This document shows, piece after piece, positions 9,797 through 20,220 of a DNA stretch of 64,000 nucleotides. The translations under genes were made by a program, and so were the position numbers. Each line of letters starts with the position of its first letter. Position 1 is the first letter of the stretch. The notes beneath the pieces are model-generated. The model was given only the letters and a program-made list of their open reading frames with translations. It did not search any database and was not told the DNA's origin. The DNA comes from an uncultured bacterium (GTDB lineage Bacteria > UBP14 > UBA6098 > B30-G16), in contig CBEVQY010000001.1 of assembly GCA_965552135.1 (NCBI GenBank), positions 1 through 64,000 of the forward strand, read 5' to 3'.

Positions 9797-12655
9797 TTAC
9801 CTTCTGCGGGCACCTGCCAGATCAGGCTTTCCCTCAAGAACCCGTGCCAAGAAGCGCCCCGTTATCGACCTTTTGTTTTTGGCGACCTGCTCCGGCGTCC
9901 CCTCGGCGACGATGTAGCCTCCCTGATCGCCCCCCTCGGGACCGAGGTCGATGATCCAGTCTGCGTGGGCTATGACGTCGAGGTTGTGCTCGATGACGAT
10001 GACCGTGTTCCCGCGGTCGACGAGCCTGTCGAGGACGTCGAGGAGCATTTTGACGTCGTACGCGTGGAGCCCCACGGTGGGTTCGTCGAGGATGTAGAGG
10101 GTGTTGCCCGTGGCGACGTGGGAGAGTTCCTTGGCGAGCTTGACCCTCTGAGCCTCGCCGCCCGAAAGCGTTGGCGCAGGCTGACCAAGCTGGATGTAGC
10201 CAAGACCAACGTCGTGCAGAACCTGCAGCTTCCGCACGATTGGCGGGATGTTCTCGAACAAAACGAGCGCCTCGTCCACCGTCATCTCCAGAACGTCGGC
10301 TATGGAGTGTCCCTTGAACTTTATCTCGAGCGTTTCGCGCTTGTAGCGTTTACCCTTGCACTCGTCGCAGCGGATGTAGACGTCGGGCAGGAAGTGCATC
10401 TCAAGCTTTATCATCCCGTCTCCCTGGCATGCTTCGCACCTTCCGCCGCGGACGTTGAACGAGAACCTTCCGGGCTTATATCCCCTTGCCCGCGCCTCGG
10501 GGAGCGAGGCGAAAAGCTCGCGGATCGGCGTAAACACCCCCGTGTACGTCGCTGGGTTCGACCTCGGCGTCCTGCCTATGGGGGACTGGTCGATGTTGAC
10601 GACTTTGTCGAGGTATTGCAGTCCTCGCACCGCCCTGTAGGGCAGGGGCTTCAGGTGCGCGCGGTGGTAGTGGCGCGCAAGGATTGGGTAAAGCGTTTCG
10701 TTTATCAGGGTCGACTTGCCCGAGCCCGAAACGCCCGTTATGCAGATAAACTTCCCAAGCGGGAAGCGAACCGTTATGTCCTTCAGGTTGTGCCCCCTTG
10801 CGCCCTCTATGATGAGGAACTTCCCGTTGCCCTGCCGGCGCCTTTTGGGAATGGGGATCCTAAACTTCCCCGAGATGTAGCGTCCCGTAAGGCTTTTTTC
10901 GACCTTGGCGACTTCCTCTGGCGTTCCCATAGCGACGATGTTTCCACCGCGGACGCCCGCGCCGGGTCCGAGGTCGACGACGTAGTCGGCGCGGCAGATG
11001 GTGTCGCGGTCGTGCTCGACGACGAGTATCGTGTTCCCGAGGTCCCTGAGCTGCTCGAGGGTGCGCAGAAGTCTTTCGGTGTCGCGGGCGTGCAGACCGA
11101 CCGTAGGCTCGTCGAGAACGTACAAAACGCCGACAAGCCGCGAGCCTATCTGCGTGGCGAGGTGGATCCTCTGCGCCTCGCCGCCGGAGAGGGTGTGGGT
11201 GACGCGGTCGAGGGTGAGGTACTCAACGCCAACGTCGCACAAAAACTCAAGCCTGTGCCTGATCTCCTTTACGATCTGCGCCGCTATCTTCTGCTCGGTG
11301 GGGGAGAGGTGGTCCAAAATGTTTTCGAAGAACTTCCGCGCCTCGCCTATCGACATCCTGACGACCTCGGGGAGGGTTTTGCCCGCCACCTTGACGAACC
11401 TTGCCTCCTTCCTAAGGCGCGAGCCGCCGCAGGCTTCGCAGGGCGAAGTGACCATAAACTGCTCTATCCACGCCCTCACGCTTGAGGAGTCGGTCTGACG
11501 GTAGCGTCGCTCGAGGTTCGGAATGACGCCCTCGTAGTATCCGCGCCAAACGCCGCTGTGCCTGCCGTCGGCGCTCCTGTAGTGAACCTCTATCTCCTCG
11601 TCGGAGCCGTAGAGGATGACGTTGCGCTGCCTGTCCGAAAGCTTCTCCCAGGGCTCGTGGAGCGGTATCCCGTACTTCTGCGAAAGCGCCTTAAGCTGCG
11701 CAAAATACCAGCTTCCTATGGGGTCTTTCCAGGGCGCTATGGCGCCCTCGATGAGCGAAAGCTTCGGGTTGGGCACCACAAGCTCGGGGTCAACCTTCAT
11801 CTCGACCCCAAGCCCCGCGCACTTCGGACAAGCCCCAAAGGGCGAGTTGAAGGAGAACATCCTCGGCGAAAGCTCCTCGATGCTCACCCCACAGCGCGGA
11901 CACGCCATCCTCTCCGAAAAAACGCGCTCCTCTGCGGTCTCGTAGTCGACGACTATGACGAGCCCATCGCCGTACGAGAGAGCTGTCTCAATCGACTCGG
12001 CGAGCCTGTTGCGGTATTTCTCGTCGACGGTCAACCTGTCGACCACAAGCTCTATCGTGTGCTTTTTGTTTTTGTCGAGCCTTATGGGGGTGTCCATGGT
12101 TTTCACGGCGCCGTCGACGCGGACGCGCAGGAAGCCTTCGCGCTGAAGCCGCTCGAACAGAGAGCGATACTCCCCCTTCCTGCCGCGCACAAGGGGCGCA
12201 AGGACCATTATCCTGTGCCCCTTGGGCATCTTCATCACTTCGTCGACTATGCCGCCCACGGTCCACCGCTCTATCGGCTTACCGCAGACCCAGCAGTGGG
12301 GTCTGCCCACCCGCGCAAAAAGAAGACGGAGGTAGTCGTATATCTCCGTCGTCGTTCCCACCGTCGAGCGGGGGTTGTGGGAAGACTTGCGCTGCTGTAT
12401 CGCAACAGCCGGCGAAAGACCGTCTATGCGGTCGACGTCGGGCTTCTCCATTAGCGACAAAAACTGCCTCGCGTACGCCGAAAGTGACTCGACGTATCGC
12501 CTCTGACCCTCGGCGTAGATGGTGTCGAAGGCGAGGGAGCTTTTGCCCGAACCCGAAAGACCCGTTATCACAACGAGCTTGTCGCGCGGAATCTTCAGGG
12601 AGATGTTCTTGAGGTTGTGCTCCCTCGCCCCCTCTATCTCGATAAACCTGCCCAT
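9797..12655 (-). CDS. uvrA: Excinuclease ABC subunit A
   Basis: [38 protein letters not shown], two ABC modules (LSGGEAQR twice), zinc fingers. Confidence 0.98.
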   Translation of the reverse strand: MGRFIEIEGAREHNLKNISLKIPRDKLVVITGLSGSGKSSLAFDTIYAEGQRRYVESLSAYARQFLSLMEKPDVDRIDGLSPAVAIQQRKSSHNPRSTVGTTTEIYDYLRLLFARVGRPHCWVCGKPIERWTVGGIVDEVMKMPKGHRIMVLAPLVRGRKGEYRSLFERLQREGFLRVRVDGAVKTMDTPIRLDKNKKHTIELVVDRLTVDEKYRNRLAESIETALSYGDGLVIVVDYETAEERVFSERMACPRCGVSIEELSPRMFSFNSPFGACPKCAGLGVEMKVDPELVVPNPKLSLIEGAIAPWKDPIGSWYFAQLKALSQKYGIPLHEPWEKLSDRQRNVILYGSDEEIEVHYRSADGRHSGVWRGYYEGVIPNLERRYRQTDSSSVRAWIEQFMVTSPCEACGGSRLRKEARFVKVAGKTLPEVVRMSIGEARKFFENILDHLSPTEQKIAAQIVKEIRHRLEFLCDVGVEYLTLDRVTHTLSGGEAQRIHLATQIGSRLVGVLYVLDEPTVGLHARDTERLLRTLEQLRDLGNTILVVEHDRDTICRADYVVDLGPGAGVRGGNIVAMGTPEEVAKVEKSLTGRYISGKFRIPIPKRRRQGNGKFLIIEGARGHNLKDITVRFPLGKFICITGVSGSGKSTLINETLYPILARHYHRAHLKPLPYRAVRGLQYLDKVVNIDQSPIGRTPRSNPATYTGVFTPIRELFASLPEARARGYKPGRFSFNVRGGRCEACQGDGMIKLEMHFLPDVYIRCDECKGKRYKRETLEIKFKGHSIADVLEMTVDEALVLFENIPPIVRKLQVLHDVGLGYIQLGQPAPTLSGGEAQRVKLAKELSHVATGNTLYILDEPTVGLHAYDVKMLLDVLDRLVDRGNTVIVIEHNLDVIAHADWIIDLGPEGGDQGGYIVAEGTPEQVAKNKRSITGRFLARVLEGKPDLAGARRR

Positions 12656-12695
12656 AGCCCCGCTTTTCCCCACTTTTTGGAGTCCGCAAACAGAA

Positions 12696-12724
12696 AGTAT
12701 ACCCACACAAACCTGTTGCGTCAA
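12696..12724 (-). promoter_or_regulatory. Sigma-70 promoter of uvrA
   Basis: Minus strand TTGACG-N17-TATACT. Confidence 0.7.
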
Positions 12725-12771
12725 GTGGGGGGAGGCGTTTTATAGTTTTTAGGGCGACAAGGGGGTTTGCG

Positions 12772-13317
12772 ATGGAGCCGACGATAGGGCTTTTGGAGTT
12801 CACAAGCGTTGCGAAGGGGATAGAGGCGACCGACGCTATGCTCAAGGCAGCGGAGGTGGAGCTTTTGGTTGCCAAAACGATCTGCTCGGGGAAGTTTTTG
12901 ACGATAATCACGGGCTTTGTTCAGGCTGTGGACGACTCGGTCTCCGCCGGGCTTCGGTCCGCTGGGGAACACTGCGTTGACCATATAGTGATCCCAAACC
13001 TTCACCCCGACGTCGTTCCCGCGCTTACGGCTACAACCGGCGCGTCGCTGGGCGAGGCGCTTGGGATAATCGAGACCTACACCGTCGCAAGCTGCATCCA
13101 GGCGGCGGATATTGCGGCAAAATCGGGTGATGTGCGCCTTCTGGAGATAAGACCCGCCGTCGGTCTGGGTGGAAAGTCCTTCGTGACCCTCACGGGCGAC
13201 GTGGCGTCGGTGGAATCGGCGGTGGAGCTTGGCGCAGAATACCCCAAGTCCCAGGGCGTCTTGATGCAAAAGGTCGTTATACCTCATCCCATAAGGACTA
13301 TAGGCGAGGTGGTATAG
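12772..13317 (+). CDS. Tandem-domain bacterial microcompartment shell protein (BMC-T, PduT-like)
   Basis: Two BMC repeats: IGLLEFTSVAKGIEATDAMLKAA..KTICSGKF and ALGIIETYTVASCIQAADIAAKS..GLGGKSFVTLTGDVASV..VIPHP. Confidence 0.88.
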   Translation: MEPTIGLLEFTSVAKGIEATDAMLKAAEVELLVAKTICSGKFLTIITGFVQAVDDSVSAGLRSAGEHCVDHIVIPNLHPDVVPALTATTGASLGEALGIIETYTVASCIQAADIAAKSGDVRLLEIRPAVGLGGKSFVTLTGDVASVESAVELGAEYPKSQGVLMQKVVIPHPIRTIGEVV

Positions 13318-13359
13318 TTTGTCGCTTTCGGCGAGGTTTGACGAAAAACAGGAGGTTTT

Positions 13360-14391
13360 ATGTCGGAGCTTCGACACGATCCCGTTCAGAAGCGTTGGGT
13401 GATAATAGCGATAGAGCGCGGCAGGCGCCCGTCCGACTTCAAGAAGGAGCCTCTGCAAACGAGGCAGGTCAGGACCTGCCCCTTCTGCTACGGCAACGAG
13501 GACAAAACGCCCCCCGAGATATTCGCCATCCGCCCGCCCGATACGGCGCCCAACTCACCCGGCTGGAAGCTTAGGGTGATACCGAACAAGTTTCCGGCGC
13601 TTAAGGTTGAGGGGGAGCTAAACCGCCGCGGGCTTGGGCTCTACGACCTTATGGACGGCGTTGGCGCGCACGAGGTCATAATCGAAACGCCCGACCACAA
13701 CGCTCACCTCGGAGAAATGCCGCTGGAGGACGTGTATAACCTCGTCAAGGTCTACCGCGACAGGATAATCGACCTACACAAGGACCAAAGGTTAAGGTAC
13801 GTCCTCATCTTCAAGAACTACGGCGAGCCTGCGGGCGCAAGCCTCGCCCACCCTCACTCGCAGCTTATCGCAACGCCCATAACGCCCCGAACCGTGGCGG
13901 CAGAGCTCGAGTCGGCAAGGGAACACTTCCTGCAGAAGGAAAGATGCCTCTTCTGCGACATTATAAACCAGGAGCGGGCGCTTAAGGTTCGCATAGCGAT
14001 GGAGACGGAGAAGTTCATCGCCATCTGCCCGTTCGCAAGCAGGTTCCCCTTTGAGATCTGGCTTTTGCCGCGGAAGCACCAGCACGACTTCGCCCTCACA
14101 ACCGACGAGGACCTCTGGGCGCTTGCGGAGGCTTTAAAGACGATCCTCCACAAGCTGCGCGTGGCGCTGGAAGACCCGCCCTACAACTTCGTCCTCCACA
14201 CCGCACCCAATTACTCCGTCCCCCGACCCGGACGCTCACACTACTGGGAGACCCTCCCCTACGACTGGCACTGGCACATCGAGATCATCCCAAGGCTCAC
14301 CAAAATAGCGGGCTTCGAGTGGGGGACGGGCTTCTACATCAACCCCACACCCCCCGAGGTTGCGGCGAAGTTCTTGCGCGAAACGAAGTGA
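13360..14391 (+). CDS. galT: Galactose-1-phosphate uridylyltransferase
   Basis: [52 protein letters not shown] (catalytic HPH), AGFEWGTG. Confidence 0.93.
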   Translation: MSELRHDPVQKRWVIIAIERGRRPSDFKKEPLQTRQVRTCPFCYGNEDKTPPEIFAIRPPDTAPNSPGWKLRVIPNKFPALKVEGELNRRGLGLYDLMDGVGAHEVIIETPDHNAHLGEMPLEDVYNLVKVYRDRIIDLHKDQRLRYVLIFKNYGEPAGASLAHPHSQLIATPITPRTVAAELESAREHFLQKERCLFCDIINQERALKVRIAMETEKFIAICPFASRFPFEIWLLPRKHQHDFALTTDEDLWALAEALKTILHKLRVALEDPPYNFVLHTAPNYSVPRPGRSHYWETLPYDWHWHIEIIPRLTKIAGFEWGTGFYINPTPPEVAAKFLRETK

Positions 14392-14404
14392 GGGAGGCTT
14401 TGCA

Positions 14405-14818
14405 ATGAAAAGCCACACCGAATACCTTTGGTTCAACACCCGCCAGAGGCGGGAGTTTGTGAACATAACCGACGCCGTCGAGCGGGCTGTGAGGACATCG
14501 GGGATAAGGGAGGGCTTTTGCCTCGTGTCGGCGATGCACATAACGGCTGGCGTCTTCGTCAACGACGAGGAGGAGGGTTTTAAAAGGGACCTGTGGGAGC
14601 TGCTCGAGCGCCTCGCACCATACAGAAAGGACTACAATCACCACCTCACGGGCGAGGACAACGGCGACGCACACCTGAAGTCGATTCTGGTTCACCATCA
14701 GGTCATCCTCCCCGTCACCGAGGGGAGGCTCGACCTCGGTCCCTGGCAGCAGATCTTTTACGCCGAGTTCGACGGTCAGAGGCGCAAGCGTGTTGTGATA
14801 AAGGTGATAGGGGAGTGA
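14405..14818 (+). CDS. yjbQ: YjbQ/UPF0047 family protein
   Basis: [42 protein letters not shown] at 14405 follows GGGAGG. Confidence 0.9.
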   Translation: MKSHTEYLWFNTRQRREFVNITDAVERAVRTSGIREGFCLVSAMHITAGVFVNDEEEGFKRDLWELLERLAPYRKDYNHHLTGEDNGDAHLKSILVHHQVILPVTEGRLDLGPWQQIFYAEFDGQRRKRVVIKVIGE

Positions 14819-14820
14819 GC

Positions 14821-15843
14821 ATGCGCGCGGCGATTTTGGGGCTTCCCCAGAGCGGGCGTACTACCGTTTGGCGCGCCCTGTCGGCGGGGCACTGGGCGCA
14901 GCACGGAAACGTAGCCGTCGTCCCGATGCCCGACCACCGCCTTCCCGAAATCGCACGGGCAGCCGGGTCGAAGAAGGTGACGCCTGTGAGGGTTGAGCTC
15001 GTCGACACCGTAGGCGATCTTTCCCGCGGCGGGGCGATATACTCCGAGCTCCAGGGCGCCGACGGGATAATCGTCGTCGTCCGCGGCTTCGACGGCGGCT
15101 TCGGGGAACCCACGCCCAAAAGCGATGCGCGCACCATAAGGGAAAGCCTCGTCCTCTTCGACGCCTCCGCGGTGGAGACGAGGATGAACACCGTTCGCGC
15201 CGAGCTCTCCAAGGGTCGACCTCAAAGCGAGCGGAAGGAGCTCGAGCAGGAGCTTGGGGTGCTGGAGTCCTTCGCGGATCACCTCGCCCGGGGCGGGCTT
15301 TTGAGGGATGTCGCCTCGGGCGACCTTGCAGCGCTTGTTGCCAAAAACCAGGGGCTCCTTACGGCAAAGCCCTGGCTTGGCGTTATCAACGTCGATGAGG
15401 GGGGAACGAACGCTTTGGACGACGTTGCGGAGGCTTTATCGTCGCCTGCGGTAGCGCTGCCGGCGAAGCTCGAGCTTGAGCTCCGCGAGCTCGAGCCCGA
15501 AGAGGCAAAAGCCTTCAGGGGGGAGCTTGGAGTGCCCGAGGACTGCGTGGATGGCGTTCTTCGCGCGCTCGTGGACGCCCTGGGCGCAGTCGTCTTCTAC
15601 ACCGCCAATGAGAACGAGGCGCGCGCCTGGCTCGTACCTAAGGGAACAAAAGCCATAGACGCCGCCGCCAAGATCCACTCCGACATCGCGCGCGGATTCA
15701 TCCGAGCCGAGGTGGTGAGCTGGGAGGACTTCGTCCGATGCGGCGGATACGCAAACGCCAGAGCCGAAAACCTAATAAGGCTTGTGGGCAAAGACTACGT
15801 TGTCGGGGACGGAGACCTCATCCTCTTCAGGTTCAACGTTTAG
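14821..15843 (+). CDS. ychF: YchF/Obg-like ATPase family protein (divergent)
   Basis: VPMPDHRL, KKVTP, LLTAKP...INVDE; C-terminal EARAW..PKGTKA..AAAKIHSDIARGFIRAEVV and GKDYVVGDGDLILFRFNV. The P-loop is atypical (GLPQSGRTT). Confidence 0.85.
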   Translation: MRAAILGLPQSGRTTVWRALSAGHWAQHGNVAVVPMPDHRLPEIARAAGSKKVTPVRVELVDTVGDLSRGGAIYSELQGADGIIVVVRGFDGGFGEPTPKSDARTIRESLVLFDASAVETRMNTVRAELSKGRPQSERKELEQELGVLESFADHLARGGLLRDVASGDLAALVAKNQGLLTAKPWLGVINVDEGGTNALDDVAEALSSPAVALPAKLELELRELEPEEAKAFRGELGVPEDCVDGVLRALVDALGAVVFYTANENEARAWLVPKGTKAIDAAAKIHSDIARGFIRAEVVSWEDFVRCGGYANARAENLIRLVGKDYVVGDGDLILFRFNV

Positions 15844-15893
15844 CTTCCCGTTGAGGTCTTTTTGCCCGCGGCGAGGGGGATTTTTGAGCGCGG

Positions 15894-16274
15894 TCACCTT
15901 GCGGACCCCTTCGCGTCGCCGGGCGAAGCCTGCTTGAATATAAAGACCCTTTCGCCGTCGCGGATCATGCCGAACCGGGTGCGGGCGACCTGCTCGATGT
16001 AGAGCGTGTCGCCGGAGAGCCTTTCTATTGTTTCGTCGAGCTTTTCGGCGCGGCGCCGCTCCCTCTCCAAAGCGCGCCTCAGGTAATGCTCCGTGCGCAA
16101 AAAGCGCCACATCGCCCAAAGCCCGAGGTCGCCGCCGACGAAGTACCAAACAAGGATCAAGATCCCCGCCAGAATGAGCGCGCGCCTTATCCGACGCTGC
16201 AAAACCATACGCCTGCTTTGTTCCTCCTGCTTGAGCTTGTGCCGTGGCTTGCGATGTACAAAACGCGCGCTCAT
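15894..16274 (-). CDS. ftsB: Septum formation initiator FtsB/DivIC family
   Basis: Basic N-terminus, one TM helix, GDLGL, coiled coil, then YIEQVARTRFGMIRDGERVF. The ATG overlaps the tolB stop. Confidence 0.85.
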   Translation of the reverse strand: MSARFVHRKPRHKLKQEEQSRRMVLQRRIRRALILAGILILVWYFVGGDLGLWAMWRFLRTEHYLRRALERERRRAEKLDETIERLSGDTLYIEQVARTRFGMIRDGERVFIFKQASPGDAKGSAR

Positions 16275-17566
16275 CGAAAGCTCCACCTGTACCGCGGCGA
16301 CCAAGAAGGAGACACATTGTCCCCAACGGTGTTCGTTATGCGCCGAAGCTGGGTGCCATCCCAGAGCATCTCGTAGAGCTGGTAGCTGCCGAGCCTGTCG
16401 GAGCAGAAGACTATATGATATCCGTCGGGCGCCCAGTCGGGGTGCTCGTTGTTGCCGATGGCTGTAAGATAGACGAGGTTCTCTCCCGTAACGTCTATTA
16501 CGGCTATGTCGAACTGCCCGCGCTTGCGCGAGGCAAAGACTATCTTGTCCCCACGCGGCGACCAAGAGGGTTGGTCGTTGAAGTTGCCCTCGAAGGTAAG
16601 CCTCCTCACGTTCGCACCCTCCTCGTCCATGATGTATATCTGCGGCGTGCCTGATCTGTCGGAGACGAAGGCTATGTACCTGCCGTTTGGCGACCAGCAC
16701 GGGGAGTTGTCGATGGCGTAGTTGTGCGTGAGCCTCGTAAGCGAGCGGGTTCTCACGTCCATAACGTATATCTCGGCGTTGCCGTCCTTGGACAGGACCA
16801 GAGCCACCTTCCGCCCGTCCGGCGACCACGACGCAGCAAGGTTTAGGCCGGGATACTCCGAGAGTACCTCAAGCTGGCTCTTCATAAGGTCGTATAGGTA
16901 CAGGACGGCGTGGCTTTCGCGGAAGCATGTGAACGTCAGCTTGAACCCGTCGGGCGACCAGTCCGGCGTAAACGCAACGGAGGCGAGGTTCGTTATCCTT
17001 CGCGGCGCAAAACCGTCGTAGTCGCAGACGTAAACCTCCTTGTGCCCCGTTCTGTTCGAGATGAAGGCGATCTGCGTTTGTGCTATCCCCTCCTCGCCCG
17101 TCAAAGCCTTCACGACGTCGTCGGCGATGGCGTGCGCCACACGCCTAAGCTGCGCCGGATCAGCCGAAATCCTGCGCCGATATATCCTCTTCGCCGAAAC
17201 GACGGAGTAAAGCCTTGCGTCGACCTTGAGCACCTCGTCCGAGAGCTTGAAGGAGCCCAAAACGATCGCCTGCACGCCGGCACCAAGCCACTGAAAGGGA
17301 TTTATGTCGTCCTCCTCCCTAACCCGCTGCGGGAAGAACTGGCTGTCGAGCACGGTTAAGAAAGGCGAGAAGGCAAGATCATTCGCCACAACCTCCGCAA
17401 GCTTTTCGCCGATCCCCACCTCATCCGGCGTGGGCTCGGCGCCGCGGGGCACAAAGGGAACTACCGCTATCCTTATCCGCTCCGTCCCGGCGTCGGTTAT
17501 CTTGAGGTGAACATCCTGCGCAAATGCAAAAGCAAAACAAAATATTAAACACAAAGTTGCTCGCAT
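16271..17566 (-). CDS. tolB: Tol-Pal system beta-propeller protein TolB
   Basis: Signal peptide, RIAVVPF, LRRVAHAIADDVV..LTGEEGIAQTQIAFIS, PD40 repeats (P.WSPDG/WSPNG/WAPDG). Confidence 0.92.
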   Translation of the reverse strand: MRATLCLIFCFAFAFAQDVHLKITDAGTERIRIAVVPFVPRGAEPTPDEVGIGEKLAEVVANDLAFSPFLTVLDSQFFPQRVREEDDINPFQWLGAGVQAIVLGSFKLSDEVLKVDARLYSVVSAKRIYRRRISADPAQLRRVAHAIADDVVKALTGEEGIAQTQIAFISNRTGHKEVYVCDYDGFAPRRITNLASVAFTPDWSPDGFKLTFTCFRESHAVLYLYDLMKSQLEVLSEYPGLNLAASWSPDGRKVALVLSKDGNAEIYVMDVRTRSLTRLTHNYAIDNSPCWSPNGRYIAFVSDRSGTPQIYIMDEEGANVRRLTFEGNFNDQPSWSPRGDKIVFASRKRGQFDIAVIDVTGENLVYLTAIGNNEHPDWAPDGYHIVFCSDRLGSYQLYEMLWDGTQLRRITNTVGDNVSPSWSPRYRWSFR

Positions 17567-17658
17567 AACCTCAAATCGATTTTACGATGTCACATATAAC
17601 TATAACTATTGCAGCCGAATTCGCAAGAGATTTTACGCAAACACTGTGCGCAGGCAGG

Positions 17659-20151
17659 CTACCGCACAAAGGCGACTTTTCGGACGAGCGTGGTTTCGCC
17701 GAGCCAAGCGATGTAGTACAGTCCTGTCGGTGCGCCCTGCGGTGGCATCCAGCGGAGCTTGAGGCTTTGGGCATTGCCTTCGAAGATCGTCTGTTTGCGC
17801 CCCGAGATGTCGACGGCAACGAGACATCCCGCCTCTTTCCGCGGAAGTTCAAGCTGGATCGTGCAGGATGCGTTGAACGGATTCGGCGCAGCCGAAAGGC
17901 GGGAACTTTCGGGTTTTGCGGCGTCGCAAACCCCATCGAGGTCGACCGAAAACGACCACTCGTACGGCTCTGCCTCGTTCGGGTCGCAGTAGTCGACGGA
18001 GTCGTGCAGCCCGTAGAGCGTCACGGTGACGACCTCCGCGTCGTGGAGTGAGTCTGTGACGGTGTAGCTTACGATGGCGCCGTACGATGTCAGCATCACC
18101 TCCGGGACGACCTCGGCGCCGTTTACGCTCATCCTGATGTCCGATGCGCACACTCCGGCGCCGCCGTCGTTCTCGCGCACAACCGCCTGGATCGTGGGGA
18201 GTGGATCGGATATGCTGCTTCCCGCGGCGGGCGAAACGCTCTCAACCCAAGGCGCGGTGTAGTCGGCGTAGAACTGGAACGTCACGGGCGTGCTGCAGTT
18301 GCCGCAAAGATCGCAGCAGGAAAGGAGCGAGACGGCGATGGGCACACCCTCGGGATACGGCTCGGTGGGGGTGAAGACCAGCGTATCGCCCGCGAAGGAC
18401 AGGGCCGGGTCGCCCCAGCTGTGGGTTGTATCGCCGACCGAAAGCTCTATCGAAAGGCTGTCGACGCCGCTTTCGTCGGAGATGAGGAAGCGTATTGGCA
18501 TAGTTTCGCAGGAGGTAAAGGTTTCGGGCAGGGGTTCCAGCGGCGACACGATGGGCGGCACGCTGTCCGCAACGGCGCTTCGGACGTAAAAGCTCCAGCA
18601 GAAGTCGTCCGAGGCGTTTGGTCCGCAGTATGTGGTTGCGTCGTGGGCGCCGGCACAAACGCTGACCGCACCTGTGGGCAGACCGCCCAAGACGTAGCTG
18701 AGACTTGAGCCATCCCACAAAAACTCGGACGGGGACACCGAAGAGCCGTTTATCGTCATCCAAAGGGACGCAGGGTCCACGCCGGAGATCGAGTCGACCA
18801 CGAGGACGGAGACGGTATCCCCGGGCGAGGCTGTGTCGCCGGGCGACGGAGACGGCGAGAAGACCACAGGCGGGTCAAGGTCGACGACGCACGTGCCGGA
18901 TATCGGTAGTTCCGGCGCGGCGTTTCCGGCGTTGTCGGCGGCGAAGAGAAGCGAGTAACTTATCGTATCGCCGCTGTGCCACTCGAGCATAGGCGCGAAG
19001 GAGACCGTATCGCCGCTTACGTGGAGATCGTCGCCCGTGTAGGTGACGCCGTTTACCTCAAGCCTCACGCTGCTCCAGTCGACCCCGCTTTCGTCGTCCC
19101 TTACGACGAACCGGACGGGCTGGTCGATGCATGCGGAATATGAACCATCGACGGGTTCGATAAGTTCGACGACAGGAGGTGTGAGGTCTGCGCCCGCGGT
19201 ATCGACGAGGGCAAAGCTTTCCAGGACCAAAAGCTCGTTGCGGGTGACGCCGTAGATGTAAGGATACTGGACGTTGGCGTCCTGCGCGTATCCGCCCGGC
19301 GGGAGGGCGTAGCTGTCGAGCGCTGCGGGAGCATCGGGGGAGGTCCAGTCGAGGAGGATGAATCCGCCGTAGCCGTTTGCGACGACGTACTGGTTACCGT
19401 AAGCGCATCCGTGTCGGCAGTCGCCCTCGTCCGACGAAAAGCGCCCCGCCTCGCTGTGGAGGTCGGAGGCAAGCATAAGGAGCACATGACCCGTTCCGAC
19501 CCCCACCTCGGCGCCGTCGGCGAGGTAGATCCTATCGCCGTCTATGTCGACGTCGACGGCGTAGCCCGGCGTCGACATACCCCCCACAAGGGCGGGCGAA
19601 GACGGCGTGGAGACGTCGAAGACCATGATTCCGCTTGAGCCACCGCCGGAGACGCCTATCGCCGCAAGACCACCGCAGGCGTCGACCGTCTGCGTCATAT
19701 ACGGCGATGAGTAAACGGAGGCAAGCCCATCTGTTGGTGAAAACTCGTAGACGGCAAACACGTTCGTTGCGGCAACAAAGAGGAACCCGCCTTCGTAGGC
19801 GAGGCTGTAGACGTAGTCGGACGGACCAAGCGAGGTGGTGAACGTCTCGACGGGATGCGCGGGATCAGACAGGTCTAAAACCCGTATCGTGTTCCCGCAT
19901 CCGACGAACGCCACGCCGTCGCTGAACGACATATCCAAAACGTACCCGCCCATAACGAGCGAGTCGAGCAACGTTGGCGAAGTGGGGTCCGATATATCGA
20001 CGACATAAAGCGTGAACCTGTCGAGAAGATACAGGTAATCCCCGAAGGGGAAGCAGTTTTGCGCGTTGGTGAATCCTGCGAGGCTGCCGACAAGCTCCAT
20101 CCCGAGCGCAAAGGACGCAAGGACAAGGACAAAGGCTGCGTTTCGGACCAT
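17659..20151 (-). CDS. Secreted LVIVD-repeat and Ig-like-repeat protein with a T9SS type-A-like C-terminal domain
   Basis: Signal peptide after an AAGGAGGGG RBS; LVIVD repeats (LYVVDISDPTSP, IRVLDLSDPAHP, IMVFDVSTPSSP); C-terminal APNPFN..DISGR..PTGLYYI..RKVAFVR. Confidence 0.8.
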   Translation of the reverse strand: MVRNAAFVLVLASFALGMELVGSLAGFTNAQNCFPFGDYLYLLDRFTLYVVDISDPTSPTLLDSLVMGGYVLDMSFSDGVAFVGCGNTIRVLDLSDPAHPVETFTTSLGPSDYVYSLAYEGGFLFVAATNVFAVYEFSPTDGLASVYSSPYMTQTVDACGGLAAIGVSGGGSSGIMVFDVSTPSSPALVGGMSTPGYAVDVDIDGDRIYLADGAEVGVGTGHVLLMLASDLHSEAGRFSSDEGDCRHGCAYGNQYVVANGYGGFILLDWTSPDAPAALDSYALPPGGYAQDANVQYPYIYGVTRNELLVLESFALVDTAGADLTPPVVELIEPVDGSYSACIDQPVRFVVRDDESGVDWSSVRLEVNGVTYTGDDLHVSGDTVSFAPMLEWHSGDTISYSLLFAADNAGNAAPELPISGTCVVDLDPPVVFSPSPSPGDTASPGDTVSVLVVDSISGVDPASLWMTINGSSVSPSEFLWDGSSLSYVLGGLPTGAVSVCAGAHDATTYCGPNASDDFCWSFYVRSAVADSVPPIVSPLEPLPETFTSCETMPIRFLISDESGVDSLSIELSVGDTTHSWGDPALSFAGDTLVFTPTEPYPEGVPIAVSLLSCCDLCGNCSTPVTFQFYADYTAPWVESVSPAAGSSISDPLPTIQAVVRENDGGAGVCASDIRMSVNGAEVVPEVMLTSYGAIVSYTVTDSLHDAEVVTVTLYGLHDSVDYCDPNEAEPYEWSFSVDLDGVCDAAKPESSRLSAAPNPFNASCTIQLELPRKEAGCLVAVDISGRKQTIFEGNAQSLKLRWMPPQGAPTGLYYIAWLGETTLVRKVAFVR

Positions 20152-20220
20152 ACCCCCTCCTTGCTGGGTCAAGTCAAAGATAGGGCTTGGGGCGCCCATT
20201 TTCAAGGCGAACTTTGGTCC

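Noticed and set aside
12656..12771. SOS/LexA box at uvrA
   Set aside because: I found neither CTGT-N8-ACAG nor GAAC-N4-GTTC. A lineage-specific box cannot be excluded.
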